The position numbers and the translations under genes are program-made. Under the pieces are notes generated by a model. The model had not been told where the DNA came from and did no database searches. It saw only the letters and a list, made by a program, of their open reading frames with translations. Shown here one piece after another: positions 13,804 to 27,334 of a stretch of 64,000 nucleotides of DNA. The stretch is from Octopus vulgaris (taxonomy: Eukaryota), in assembly GCA_951406725.2 (NCBI GenBank), contig OX597816.1, forward strand, positions 71,920,001 to 71,984,000, written 5' to 3'. Position 1 is the stretch's first letter, and every line of letters begins with the position of its first letter.

Positions 13804-14566
13804 GGACGATCTGACTGGGCTGGCATGCTGGAAGGCTGCAACCAGGCTCCAATTTGATTTAGCATGTTTTTTTTACAGCTGGATGCCCTTTCTAGTGCCA
13901 ACCACTACAAGAGTATAATGAGTACTTTGACGTGCCACCGGCACAGGTGCCATTTGTGTGACACCAGTATCTGCCACAACTGTGATTTTGCTCAGCTTGA
14001 TGGGTCTTCTTCTCAAGCACGAAATAATGCCAAAGGTCTTGGTCATTGCCTCCATGAGGCACAACACTCTATCTGACCCATGCAATCATGGAAAATTGGA
14101 CATTAAACGATGACAATAACCAGTCAGTACACCAGCTCAACACGCGCTTTACACATCTCCAGTAATTACAGTCACTCATCGAGTGGATCAGAGTAACCCA
14201 AGTACTCTCCCACCTCACCTACAGATCCTTTACTTCCAGTATCAACCTTCAATTTTCACCATGTAGATTCTACAATCATTATCCCACAATGAATACATAC
14301 ACTCTTCTTACACATGCTTTATATAATCTTTTGTGTAGGGACAGGTGAGGGTTGGTGATAGGAAAGGTATCCAGCTGCAGAAAAATCTGTCTCAATAAAC
14401 TCCGCGTTTCGAAGGTAAGGACAAGACACAACTTCGTTGAAACAGTCCTTCCCGCAAAGCAAACTAAATAAAATTTGGGATTTTTTGCGGAGGGTAAAAG
14501 TGGTAACAAGAACAGGACAGTAAGAACAAAACAGTAAAACAATAAAAAAGTAAATATATATATATA

Positions 14567-15079
14567 CTAGCAGTATCGCCCGGCGTTGCTCGGGTTTGTA
14601 AGGGAAATAACTATATAAGCATTTTTAGAGAGTTACTTCCCTTATAGATGCCGATTTGGGCTTTCTTAGCCATTTCTGTTTTGGTGTCTTCAAGCCATGA
14701 AGTCGTTGTTCTAAAAGAACGCTGGTCTCCTTGACAACGCTTTACGACGTTGATTTCCTTACACTCCCTTCCCCACAGCTTCACGAGGGAGGGAAGAAGG
14801 GGGAGAAGCAAACAGGTGCAGGTGTGACCATGGACGCCAACTCCGCCGCCATCGACACACGAAAAATTATGCATTAAAATGGAATAAAAAATTATGTTAA
14901 ATTATTTTTAAAATCGTAGACTCATCGTAGACGCACGTTAATACTCAGACAGGCTTGATATGAATCACGACTATAAGATACCCGAATTTGGTTAAACTGC
15001 ACCGCAAAATGTGGGAGTAGTTAGGAATCTAAATCGAAGGGGACAGACACTCACACAACTACAGTTTTATATATATAGA
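14567..15079 (-). mobile_element. Non-autonomous Helitron, apparently complete
   Basis: On the minus strand: A|TC 5' end at 15079, subterminal hairpin CCCGAGCAACGCCGGG, and CTAG|T 3' end at 14567. No TSD, as expected for Helitrons. Confidence 0.8.
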
Positions 15080-16358
15080 TATATAGACACACTTAAAAAG
15101 GAGGGAAGCGGGCTATGACAAAGTATAGAAAACCATGTTCGCTACACACTGTGCTACTCATTAATAATAATAATAATGATACGCCTTTTTGGTATGCTGG
15201 CCACTGATAAATCATTAATTCATGACTTGTGTATATGTGTGTATATATATATATACACACACACACTTATATATATATATATATATAAGTACATAACAGG
15301 CTCCTTTCAGTTTCTGTCTACCAAATCCACTCACAAAGCTTTGGTTAGCCTAAGGTTATAGTAGAAGACATTTGCCTATGGGACTGAATCTGGGGCCATG
15401 TGGTTGAGAAGCAAGCTTCTTACCACACAGACACACACACACATACACACACTCACAAACACACACATATACAACGGGCTTCTTTCAGTTTCTGTGTACT
15501 AAATCCACTCACAAGGCTTTGGTCAGCCTAAGGTTATAGTAGAAGACACTTGCCCACGGTGTCACACAGTGGGACTGATCCCAGAACCACGTGGTTGAGA
15601 AGTAAGCTTCTTACCACATAACCAAGCCTACAACAGAAACCTTCTTTAAGCCAAGTGAAGCATTGCCATCTACTCTCTCTCTCTCCTTACTCTAACAACT
15701 TCTACTATCACTCCAGCCATTTATGCTTCCTACCAATAAACAAACTACTTCACCTTATAGATTAACTGAGGTGACGATATTAGTCAAAGTAATTAAGACA
15801 ATTTCAATCAGTGTTTTTGTAACAATTCTAAATAATTACCTTTCCATTTTCTCATTCTAAGTGGAAACAAGCTTAGTGAGCACTCACAGATTGGTCACAT
15901 GTCATCAGTTTTATTTATAGATAGGTGGTGGTGGGGGTTTGGTAAATGAGGTGTCAGAGTGTACAGTTCCTTGTTCACTACTTTAGGATATTGTGGAAAG
16001 GAAATGACAGATGGCGGAAAGATTGCCTCAGGTGTACTATGCATTAATACACACACACACACACACACATACACATGCACACTGCAGAATTATACACATA
16101 AAATGAATTATTAATTTTATTTAGGCAGTGAGCTGGAAGAATCGTTAGCCTGCCATACAAAATGCTTAGTGGCATTTTGTTCATCTTCACATTCTGAGTT
16201 CAAATTCCACTGAGGTCAACTTCACCTTTCATTCTTTTGGGGTTAATAAATCAAGTACCAACTGAGCATTGGGGTTGATGTAATCAACTAGCCCCTTTCC
16301 CCAGGCCTTATGCCTATAGTAGAAAGGATTATTATTATAATTATTATTATTATTATTA

Positions 16359-16401
<43 letters not shown>

Positions 16402-16402
<1 letters not shown>

Positions 16403-16931
16403 GAGTGAGAGAGCAAAATATATGAAGCCCAGTATACCCATCATGACTACCAGTCTGATAAGGGTACACCAGGTACATGCATCACAACCATATGTGCGCA
16501 ACATGGTGATCTCATATCAAGAGAAACAGCACATGACCTTGCAGGTGGAGCCCAGTTAGAATTTTCTTCTGGTTGATTAACCCATCCTTCTCAAAAGGTC
16601 CTTGAATAAGGGTTGTTTAAGGGTGTTGAACGAACCACCCATGTTTCCAAAAGTGAATTATCCAAACCCCAAAGAATCCTTCTCAACACATGGCCATGAT
16701 GCTCCCCAACTACTTCTGCTCATGATCAGATATGCACATATCGTTGGCCACTAAGGGTCATGGTCAACTGGTTAAGGTCAAACAGCTGACAAGCAAATCT
16801 GTGGTATTGAGCAGATTATTTGCTGTAGCCCATCTTTTATACCAAGACAAAACAATGTACATGATAACACTTCCAATCAGTTAAGATCAGAAGCCACGAA
16901 AGCCACTGCCTGGTACTGCATCAGGGCATTT
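16402..16931. mobile_element. ~530-bp complex-sequence insertion bounded on both sides by (TTA)n
   Basis: Sharp boundaries against TTA tracts. Class not determined; possibly an R4/Dong-like non-LTR derivative. Confidence 0.45.
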
Positions 16932-17137
16932 ATTATTATTATTATTATTATTTTTTTTTTTCCTTCTTTCTTGAAATTTTCTTTCATTTCTCGCCAAGTG
17001 TTTTCCATACACCCAGGGCAGAGAAGCTGATTGTATGCATTCCCAGATTACACACACAAATTCACAGGTAAAATATGTATTTAAAAAATTAATAAATAAA
17101 TAAATTCATGCATAAATAAATTATTGTTATTATTATG

Positions 17138-17181
<44 letters not shown>

Positions 17182-17332
17182 CATCATTATCATTACTATG
17201 GCAGCAAGCTGGCCGACTCATTAGCACACTGGACAAAATACTTAGCAGTATTTCGCCCATTATTATTATCGTTATAATTTCTTATTAGCACCCTTTTCGT
17301 GTAACCTCACATTGTATTGTGTCATCAGTTAC

Positions 17333-17631
17333 CATCTTTGCACTTTTGTAAACCCTTGGTGGTTAATTAAGAAATCATCATCATCATCATCAACATCAAC
17401 ATCACCACCACAACCACTACCACCATCATCATTATCATCATCATCATCATCATTGTTGTCGTCATCATTTTCTTCATCATAATTATTATGCCAAATTAGC
17501 AAGGAAAACAAATATAAAATGATGATGATGAGGTGGAGGAGGAGGGGGATTATTATTGTCGTTGTTGTTGTTGATGTTGCGATGGGCTGGCGGGTGGACG
17601 GACCGTAGAAGCCTCCAGAGCAAATATTCAT
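17333..17631 (-). other. Possible first coding exon of an unidentified minus-strand gene (hydrophobic stretch then acidic tract)
   Basis: ATG-initiated open frame MNICSGGFYGPSTRQP...IIIPLLLHLIIIILYLFSLLIW...DDDD ending at GATG|GTAACT, next to unique CpG-retaining DNA. Largely trinucleotide-repeat derived, with no recognisable homology. Confidence 0.2.
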
Positions 17632-19907
17632 TACAAATATTATCACAAGAGGTTATCTTTGCTAAAAGAGGCAGGAATGAAATTAACGAGAGAAGGAGCG
17701 AGGAGTGCCATAACTACTCACCCCACCCCTGCCTCTTTCCCTCGCTCCCACTCTTCTGCTTCCATCCCTCCACCTCCGCTCCCTTCGCCCCTTCTACCTG
17801 CCCACCCTCCACCCCTTAGATACATCAACAAAAATGACAAAAGTCCTTCTAAAAACAAGAAAACTTGCTGCTATCGGAATTGTCCCATTCCTTTGCTAAT
17901 AAAGAATCTGATGGAATCTAGAGATAGCTTTTAACTGATGAACTGGCTGTGATACAGCCTCCGGGTCAACGAGCTGATCATCTTGATAACACTATTATTA
18001 TGTTATAATGACATGAGTCAACAGTGACTCCGTCAGATCAGATCAATTATTCAGTTTTCAGAGATCAATACATTTCGATCAGGACGGTTATGGACATAAT
18101 CCATACTGGAAACACATTCTAATCATTTACTTTGATTTTATTATTTATTTTTAAAAATTTATTTTATTTTCGTTTTTTTTTTTTACTTGTTTTCTTTTTA
18201 GTTGTATCAGTCATTAGACTTCGGCCATGCTGGAGCATCGCTTTGAATAATTTTTTGACCCCAGTACTTTATTTATTTATTTATTTATTTATTTATTATT
18301 TTTTTTTTTTGAGCTTGGTACTTATTCTGTTGGTCTCTCTTCCCAGGCTGCTGTGTTAAGGGGACATAAACACACCAACACTGGTTGTCAAAAGGTGGTG
18401 AAGGACAAACACACACACACACACATATACAGCATGCTTCTTTCAGTTTCCATCCACCAAATTCAGTCAGAAGGATTTGGTCAGCTAGAGGCTATAGAAG
18501 ATATTTGCCCAAGGCACCACACAATGGGACTGAACTCAGAACCATATAGTTGGAAAGCAAGCTTCTTACCATGTAGCCATTGCTATTTCATTTCATTTCA
18601 TTTTTTCATTTCATCTAGTTTCAGCTCACGAGCTGTGGCCATGCTGGGGCACCACCATTCAGTGTTGCTACATGATTTTACTTCACGAATGCTTTTTAGC
18701 AATTGACATTTGGTGCATGAGAGAGTTTGATGCAGCTGCCCTCATCTGCACCTCCTGTCTGGGACACCTGACATTTATTTATTAATTTTTATCTCTTTTA
18801 AATCAAATGATGAAACAGAACAAGAAAGAAAAATTGTTTTCGAAAAATAGACGTAGCTGTAATATCAGAATATTTCAGAAATTTGACAATAATTGTCTAT
18901 AAGCAAGAAAGCCAGCAACAAAGTGAGCTGGTGTTTGTGACACAGGAAACATGGTCAGTCATACAAGTGACCATAAAGTATCACATCTAGTTTCTTTTCA
19001 TATATATGTCATATTGTAAATATTTCAATATTGAATTATGAGATTTTCATTAAAGCTGACTCAGCTGCAGTTTTGTCTGTATAAAAATACATCAATGCAC
19101 AATCTTCACTGAAGAGGACAAGTGAACAAGTTATAAATGAACACAGCAAGACATGATTTAACAGAGAAAGTCGTAAATTATGACAGCAAGATATGAAATA
19201 TTGCAGCTAGTCATAAATTTAAGCAGCTATGCTTAAATTAGCAGAACTCATCCTAACTTCATATAGAAATATTATAACTTAATTTAGCACTTGATAATAT
19301 AACCATACCACATCATAGCTTACTGTTTCATAGACCTGCAGGAACAGGGCCCACCAGGGTCTAAACAATGGCACAGTAGACAAACAAGTTTTTAAGAAAC
19401 CTTGGATACAAAGATTTATATAGGTGCAGGAGGGGCTGTGCGGTAAGAAGCTTGCTTCCCAACCACATGGTTCTGGGTTCAGTCCCACTGCGTGGCACCT
19501 CAAGCAAGTGTCTTCTACTGTAGCCTCGGGTCAACCAAAGCTTTGTGAGTGGATTTGGTAGATGGAAACTGGAAGATGCCCATCATATATATATATATTA
19601 CATTTTTTTCTGAAACTTCTGATTTTTCAATATGTTAGACCATTGATTTTAAATTGATATTAATCAAATTAACATTCGATTTTTCACCCTTATTTTAAAT
19701 TTATATATATATATATATATAAAATATAAAACCATTGCTTGACAACCAATGTTCGAGTGTGTACATCCCCAAAACAGATCAATAGAATAAGTACTAGGCT
19801 TACAAAGAATAAGTCCTGGGGTCGATTTGCTTGACTAAAGACACTGCTACAGCATGGCTGTAGTCAGATGGCTGAAACAAGTAAAAGAATAGAAGAATAA
19901 AAGAATA

Positions 19908-21425
19908 TAGGCATACCTTGTTTACGTAACCCTGATTTATGAAACCTCGTCTTTACAAATTGTAGATGAAAAGCAGAAAAATTGGTTACCATGGCATTAA
20001 GCTTTCTTCCGGTCTGTCAGCACTTGTTACCTCGAGCGATCACCTGCAACTGCGTGGAGGCGCAATGGCCCAATGGTTAGGGCAGCAGACTCGCGGTTGG
20101 AGGATCGCAGTTTCGATTCCGAGACCGGGAGTTGTGTGTGTTTATTGAGTGAAAACACCTAAAGCTCCACAAGGCTCCAGCAGAGGGTGGTGGCGATCCC
20201 TGTTGTACTCTTTCGCTCCAACTTTCTTTCACTCTTTCTTCCTGTTTCTTGTCCCTGACTTCCTACGCAACCACTGAGCCTGGATGTGCATTCATCCATC
20301 CGTCGATGCTCTCGGTGTCGGGGGTTGACCTGCTTTCTCTTCTGCACATCTTACGAATAGCAAAGGACCACATTTCGAACTTCTCCCATCTTGCGAGCTC
20401 TGGGACGAAGACCGTTCGCTCAACAGCAACAGCAACAGCCTGCAATTGCTTTTTGGATTTGAAGTGTGTCGGTGCCTGCCCAACTTCTTTCACGCTAGTC
20501 TGCATTTTGTCTTCCTTCATTCCATTCATCTTTTTTTTAAATTTTTTATGCATCTTTATTGCTTTTGAATACCCTTGTGATGGCTTCAAAAGAAAGAATT
20601 CTGAGATGCTAAGCAAGAATAAGAAGAAACATAAAGCAATTACTCTAGAAATAAAATACAAATTGATTTTACAACACGAAAAAGGTGCAACTGTTAAAGA
20701 TTAATCAAAGAAATTTGATATGGTTCCTTCATCTGTTTGTACCATCTTGAAGCAAAAGGAAGATTATTTAAATAAAGTTAAAGGAAGTCACTCTCTAAAT
20801 TCAACTTGGTTATGAAGAAAAGATAATGTAAGTTTAATTTCACGTATAGAAAAACTTTTGACAGCTTGGTGTATTAACGATCAAATTCACAGACTTCATA
20901 TGCCACTTAGTCAGGCTATAATTTGCAGTAAAGCAATTTTGTTTTTTAATTCATTAAAGATAAATCAGATGGATCGAATGACACATTTGTAGCAAGCAAT
21001 GGTTGGTTCGATCGCTTCAAAAAATGAGCAAATCTACGCAATGTGAAGATCTAAGGAGAATTGTCTAACACAGATCAAAAAGCTGCAGAAACTTTTCCTT
21101 GCCAAATACAAGATTTGATTGAAAAAGAAGGCTTTATACCGTCTCAAATATTTAATGTGGCTGAGACAGTCCTATTTTGGAAATGAATGCCTTCAAGGGA
21201 TTTTATTGTGAGAGAAAAATCTTCAATGTCAGGATTCAAAGCTGCAAAAGATAGGATAACACTGCTTCTGGGAGGAAATTTTGAAGGGAACAGCAAACTC
21301 AAGCCGATGCTTATTTATCTATCTGAAAACCCCCATGCTTTAAAAGGAATTGATAAGACGAATCTTCCTGTAATCTGGAAGCATAACAAAAAAGCTTGGA
21401 TGACAGAAACTCTATTTGAAGAGAG
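19908..21425 (+). mobile_element. Tigger/pogo (TIGD1-like) transposase pseudo-copy with a nested SINE
   Basis: KKHKAITLEIKYKLI..HEKG at ~20620-20700; FVASNGWFDRFK at ~20985; ORF 21187 MPSR.FI.RE...GFKAAKDRITLLLGGN..G..KLKPMLIY.SENP.ALKG...LPVIWKHNKKAWMT. Multiple stops and frameshifts. Confidence 0.9.
20056..20340 (+). mobile_element. tRNA-derived SINE, family D (second copy ~53470-53775)
   Basis: GGAGGCGCAATGGCCCARTGGTT.GGGCAGC.GACTCGCGGT...GTTTCGATTCC head, tRNA-like with a TCG (Arg) anticodon-like loop; the two copies align for ~200 bp. Confidence 0.8.
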
Positions 21426-23173
21426 TCAACAAATGGAGTTAACATACGCTCAAAAGGCCCCAGTGATGGCAACTCCAGGTCATCAGCATCACTCAGGCTC
21501 ATCACAGATTTCACATAAGACACCTGTATAGAACAGAAACTTTTCGCAGATTGGAATTTAAATCCTAATCTCTATAGAAATTTATTGTTTCAAAACAAAC
21601 ATTGAATTTGATTTAGTTTTAATTTTTATGATTCATCGTCATCGTCATCGTTTAATGTCTGCTTTCCCTGCTGGCATGGGCTGGACGGTAACACATAACA
21701 ACTCGGGCCGTAACTTTTGTGCTTGAGTCAGGCGCATCTGAACAATGTCAAGAGAACATCTGCTATGAATGGTATTTTTTGCCACAGGACTCTCCCTAAC
21801 ATGACCGCCAAACACTGAATGAAGATAAATGAACTGCAACCAGCTCAGTAAAAGGAACCTGAGTTATTGGTTGCAGTTATACACTTGAAATCAGTGTCAG
21901 CAGAAATTAAAATGACTTGCAAATACATGTTCACTTTACTAAATTTACACTTGGGCTCAGCCCAAACAGCCTGAGTGCCGGAGTAGTCACTGACCCATAC
22001 ATGTATGTTTGTGTATATATATATCTAACTAAAAAGAATCTCCATATACTCTTTTACTTGTTTCAGTCATTTGACTGTGGCCATGCTGGAGCACCGCCTT
22101 TAGTCGAGCAAATCGACCCCAGGACTTATTCTTTGTAAGCCTAGTACTTATTCTATCAGTCTCTTTTGCCGAACTGCTAAGTTATGGGGGCATAAACACA
22201 CCGACATCGGTTGTCAAGCGATGTTGGGGGGACAAACACAGACACAGAAGCACACACACACATACATATATATATATATACATATATAAGACGGGCTTCT
22301 TTCAGTTTCCAGCTACCAAATCCACTCACAAGGCTTTGGTCAGCCCGAGTCTATAGCAGAAGACACTTGCCCAAGGTGCCACGCAGTGAGACTGAACCCG
22401 GAGCCATGTGGTTCGTAAGCAAGCTACTTACCACTCAGCCACTCCTATGCCTATAAGCCATTTTATGACTGCTTTGCCCCTTCCTTGAATTGCAATTTTT
22501 TAATTCTACGTCTGGCAGAGCTTTTTGTGTACTTTAAATTGCTTCACTTGAAAATGTTCATGACTTTGTTGTTGTAATTATTGTTCTTGTTATGGCCAGC
22601 AGAATTAGTAATGCAAGGGTTGGAAGAGCCAAACAGTTTAGTATTATTTTATTATGTTCTTGACTTGCCGATTTCTGTCAAAACTGCTGCTGCTCTAGAA
22701 AGTTCTGCAGACAACAGTCTGCTAGGAATACTGAAATGAATGCTATTTGTACAATATAAATTGCTAAGCTGTGGAAAGAAGAAATTTCATGGGCTATAGT
22801 CTGCTTTGTTGGAAAAAATGTCTCATTTCTCCCCTGTGATGGCCATAGCTGCATTTCTTTATCTATATCTCTTTGTCCCGTTATTTATCTATCTATCTAT
22901 CTATCTATCTATCTGTCTAACTATTTATTTATCTATCTATCTATAAAATTTTATATATATATTGAAGGCTGTGAGTTGGGTGAATTGTTAGCATGTCAGG
23001 CAAAATGCTTATCAGCTTTTCGTTCTTCTTTATGTTCTGAGTTCAAATCCCACTAAGGTTGCTGATCATCTTTTCAGGGTTGATAAAATAAGTACCAGTT
23101 GTACTCTGGAGTTAATGTAACCAACTTGCCCTCTTCTCTCAAAATTGCTGGTCATGTGACAAAATTTGAATAA

Positions 23174-23227
<54 letters not shown>

Positions 23228-23309
23228 CCCTGGTCAAACAATCAAACCCATGCCAGCATGGACAATGGACGTTACATGATGATGGTGATGATATGTATAT
23301 ATATATATA

Positions 23310-23527
23310 TATATGTAGAGAGAGAGAGAAGAGGGAAGAATCCAAACAAAGCAGAACAAACAAGAAAAATCAGTAACAGGAGGACATGGTACAAGTGTTG
23401 TATTATCAGACGCTCAGGAAAGGAAGGAAAGAGGGTTTAACGTTTCAAGCCAAGCTCTTCGTCAGAAATAGAGGAAAGTCCAAAGGAAAGGAAGATGGAA
23501 GAAGATCAGCAACGATACACATGCGGT

Positions 23528-23605
<78 letters not shown>

Positions 23606-23922
23606 AAAACTTATATATAAAGAACGTGAAATTCACGAATTGACAAACACGGAAAAACGGACAGTAATTCAGAGCCTTCATTCTTCAGTCAGAAACCGAT
23701 TCATCATGGCAAATTTCGGCTGTTTAATTCTGGATTTGCTCCGAAAAGGCCAGCCCCAAGGAAAAGCTAAGCTATGGGCATTAGATTTGCTTTGTAGAAG
23801 GAAAGAAGGTGACAACAGAGACGAATAGGAAAACAAGAGACGAAGATAAAATTGGAAACAGTAACGAATAAAAACAGGAATGATACGGGGGCGTCTTACG
23901 ACTTTGAGACAAAATGAGACAA

Positions 23923-23972
<50 letters not shown>

Positions 23973-24205
23973 GTGTGTGTGTGTGTATATATATGTATAT
24001 ATATAATTCAAAGACAAAGGCAGGTGAAGGAACAACAAGGAGGTGTAATAGTTTAACACTTGGGAAGAATGGAAAAGTTTTTGACATTTCAAGTATATGC
24101 TCTTTGACAGAAAGGATTAAGAGGAAATAAAAAATATACAGAAAGAGAACACAAAAAAAAAAAACAGAGAAAAAACTGTGTAGGGACTAACAGTTCAACA
24201 TGGTA
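23310..24205 (-). mobile_element. Cluster of Penelope-like terminal-repeat fragments (related copy ~32160-32975 in the opposite orientation)
   Basis: CTGACGA-hairpin-GAAACGT motif on the minus strand at 23441-23465, degenerate twin at ~24083-24112; 23700-23790 aligns in reverse complement with ~32740-32830. Confidence 0.5.
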
Positions 24206-24629
24206 TACATATATATATATAAATTAGTGTACATTTAAACACGAAGAGGTGAGCCCTTAAACAGGTTGCCTAATATACTAGAAAGAACTGTCAAAAAGTC
24301 CAAACCACAGTTAAGAGCAATTTCGAAGGGAATGAAAAATAAAACATTTACCATGTTACAGCCAGACCTCAGGTTTTGAGTTTTAATTAGCAAATAAAAT
24401 AATTTGCAAGGCGAAGTTCTCATCAGCAGATATGCCAAAACATTAACATATAAATTAGAGACAAAATAACATGTTTCTCATCTGTTATATATTATAATAT
24501 ATAAGGATGAGACATATATGTGGGTTTATGCAGTGAAGAAAGTGAGTGACATTGCAAACAATGCTATTGTATCTGCATGTGTGTATGTGTATGTATACAT
24601 GTAGATATGTATGCATATATGTGTGTGTG

Positions 24630-24684
<55 letters not shown>

Positions 24685-25224
24685 TTAACTATCTACACAT
24701 GTGTGAGAATGTATTTATGCCTCTGTGTCTGTGTGTGCTTGCATGCATGCAAGAATGTGTGTGAGAGTGTGTATGTATGTGTCTGTGTGCGCGTATGTGT
24801 GTGTGTCTATCAGGGTATGTGTTTATGTGATCAAATTCATATTTTTCTCATCTTCATGTTTGTTTACTGATTGTAGACAATGAGCTTCAGGGTGGTATTG
24901 TTTGCATGCAGTCCACCATGAACAGATGTCCAAGTTTTCCCCCACATGTCTTGACATGCTACATGTTCTTTGCATGCAAACTACAAACAATGCACTCTTA
25001 TGAACATATTCGTTTCCACCTCTCTCTATGTAGACATGTCTGAGCTGTTTGGTGTTCGATTGACAGGGTGGTTATTACCTTACTTGGAAACAGGAAGGGT
25101 TAGCAACACGAAGGACTTCTAACCATACTTCCTACACATATTGACTATTATCAGAATTTCTCTCCTGAAACAATTTCTGCAGCAAAGATTTTTATGCATT
25201 TGTATGCATTTTTTATATCTATCA

Positions 25225-25264
<40 letters not shown>

Positions 25265-25265
25265 G

Positions 25266-25303
<38 letters not shown>

Positions 25304-25335
25304 ATCTGTCTGTCTGTCTATCTATCTCTCTATCA

Positions 25336-25367
<32 letters not shown>

Positions 25368-25406
25368 TCTATCTCTCTATATATATATCATCTGTCTATC
25401 TGTCTG

Positions 25407-25437
<31 letters not shown>

Positions 25438-25439
<2 letters not shown>

Positions 25440-26010
25440 GGCGAAAGAATGTGTCTGGTGGACGCGTCTGAAAGGATTGGAGACAAACTCTTTCCTCTCT
25501 GGTCAGTCTCTCATCAACTTCTTCAAGTATCACTTGAAAAGGAAAGTGAGTATAGAGAAGCAAGTTTTGACAAGCGAATGTTTTAAAAAAAAGATGGGTG
25601 AATGTAGCAAGAATGGCACGTATGAATGACGAAGCCACCGTGAGCATAATCCTATGAACCCGGAAATTGAAAACAGAGGGTTACCTATTTGCAAACAAAT
25701 GTGGTAACATGTAACAATATTGACCGAGGTTACTGTGGTCTTTTCCATAGGCTTTTCTTCCCACAGATAAACCTTATCTGCTTCCCCTTTACACCTTACA
25801 TCTGTGATACACGATCCCTATTGATCGTTTTTTTTCCTTCTTTTTTTCTTTTCCCTTTTTTTTCTTCTTTCTGCTTTCCCTTTTACGATCCCTTTTGATA
25901 GAAAACCTACCCCACCTTTATACTTTTTTTCTTCACCCCCAAAAAGAAAAGCTCTACTTTGTAATCTGTCCCATCTATGTGCAGCCCTGTGTGACTAATA
26001 AAGAAACATA
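25438..26010 (+). mobile_element. Tx1/L1-like LINE 3' end: ORF2 C-terminus plus 3'UTR with AATAAA
   Basis: [13 protein letters not shown]...F(KK)RWVNVAR..., stop at 25655, AATAAA at 25997; flanked by (TCTA)n. Confidence 0.65.
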
Positions 26011-26125
26011 TCTATCCATCTATCTTTCTATCTATCTGTATATCTATCTATCATCTGTCTGTCTGTCTGTCTATCTATCGATGTCTGTCTGTCTATCTAT
26101 CGATCTATATATCTATCTATCTATC

Positions 26126-26434
26126 GAAAGGGTTACTTACTTGCAAACAAATGTGTTGACATGTGACATTATTGACCGAGGTTACCGTGGTCTTTTCCGT
26201 AGGCTTTTCTTTCCACGGATAAACCTTATCTGCTTCCCCCTTTACACTTTACATCATGACATTTCTGTGATACACGATCCCTATTGATCATTTTTTTTTC
26301 TTTCCCTTTTACGATCCCTTTTGATTGAAAACCTACCCCACTTTTTTTTTTCTCTTTTCTCCCCAAAAAGAAAAGCTCTATTTTGTAATCTGTCCCGTCT
26401 GTGTGCAGCCCTGTGTGGCTAATAAAGAAACATA
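26126..26434 (+). mobile_element. Second, shorter copy of the same LINE 3'UTR
   Basis: Aligns with 25677-26010 with several substitutions and indels; AATAAA at 26421; flanked by (TCTA)n. Confidence 0.75.
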
Positions 26435-26602
26435 TCTATGTATCTATCTGTCTATCTATTGATCTATCTATCTATCAATCGATCTATCGATCTGTCTATC
26501 TATCTATCTGTGTGTTTATCAATCTGTCTATCTATCTGTCTGTCTATCTATCTATCTGTGTGTCTATCTATCTATCAATCTGTCTGTCTGTCTCTCTGTC
26601 CG

Positions 26603-26662
<60 letters not shown>

Positions 26663-27075
26663 GGTAAGCATTCTAATGGTTAGGCAATCCATTTACTGTC
26701 AACACCCGCTAAATGGAAGGCTAGGCATGCTGTGGTTGATGATGCGCAGACATGCGCTGAGACTGCGATATCTCTGGCGCTTCATAGACGATGGTGAACA
26801 GGTGTGGTCACTGTTTGTGCGGTGTGCTTTCCCACAGCTCGTCTCTTTGGCCAAACTGCAGTCATGGATGAAACAAAGACCGAAGCTAGGTGAATGGCAC
26901 TGCAAGTGCTGCGTTGCTCTCAAGCAACTCTACCGTCCTGGAGCAACTTGTGTGATTTCATTTCAACAAAGGCGTTCTATAGTGGATTAGTGGAAGGGAG
27001 GTGTGGCGACATTCTTGGGCAGAATCTGGGCGTTAACGAGGAACACCTGACCCGCCTGTTAAGGACAACGATCAA
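26663..27075 (+). mobile_element. Tx1/L1-like ORF2 internal fragment (post-RT region)
   Basis: CQHPLNGRLGM.....HALRLRYLWRF....QVWS resembles the P..GGLG.P....AL...LWR......W motif; begins directly after (TCTA)n. Confidence 0.6.
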
Positions 27076-27334
27076 AGTTTTGTATGTGTATTTGATAAAA
27101 GGAAATTGAATGAAACCCATAATGTAGCTATATGTATATATCTGTGTGTATGTGTTTGTGTGGCTTAGATTCTGTGTTTGTCTCCAACACCATTTAACAG
27201 TGTTGGTTTGTTTACATCCCTTAACTTAGCAGTTCAGCATAAAGAGATCGATAGAATAAGTACCCTTTCAAGGCGGTGCTCCCAGCATAGCTACAATCTA
27301 ATGACAGGAACAAGTAAAATATATACATAGGTTA

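Noticed and set aside
20056-20130. tRNA-Arg-like gene (also 53470-53545 and other SINE heads)
   Set aside because: Continues into a shared SINE body, lacks a proper acceptor stem and terminator, and copies are diverged.
21187-21531. Domesticated TIGD-like gene
   Set aside because: Flanking transposase sequence has multiple stops and frameshifts and the DDE domain is truncated, so this is a decayed transposon.
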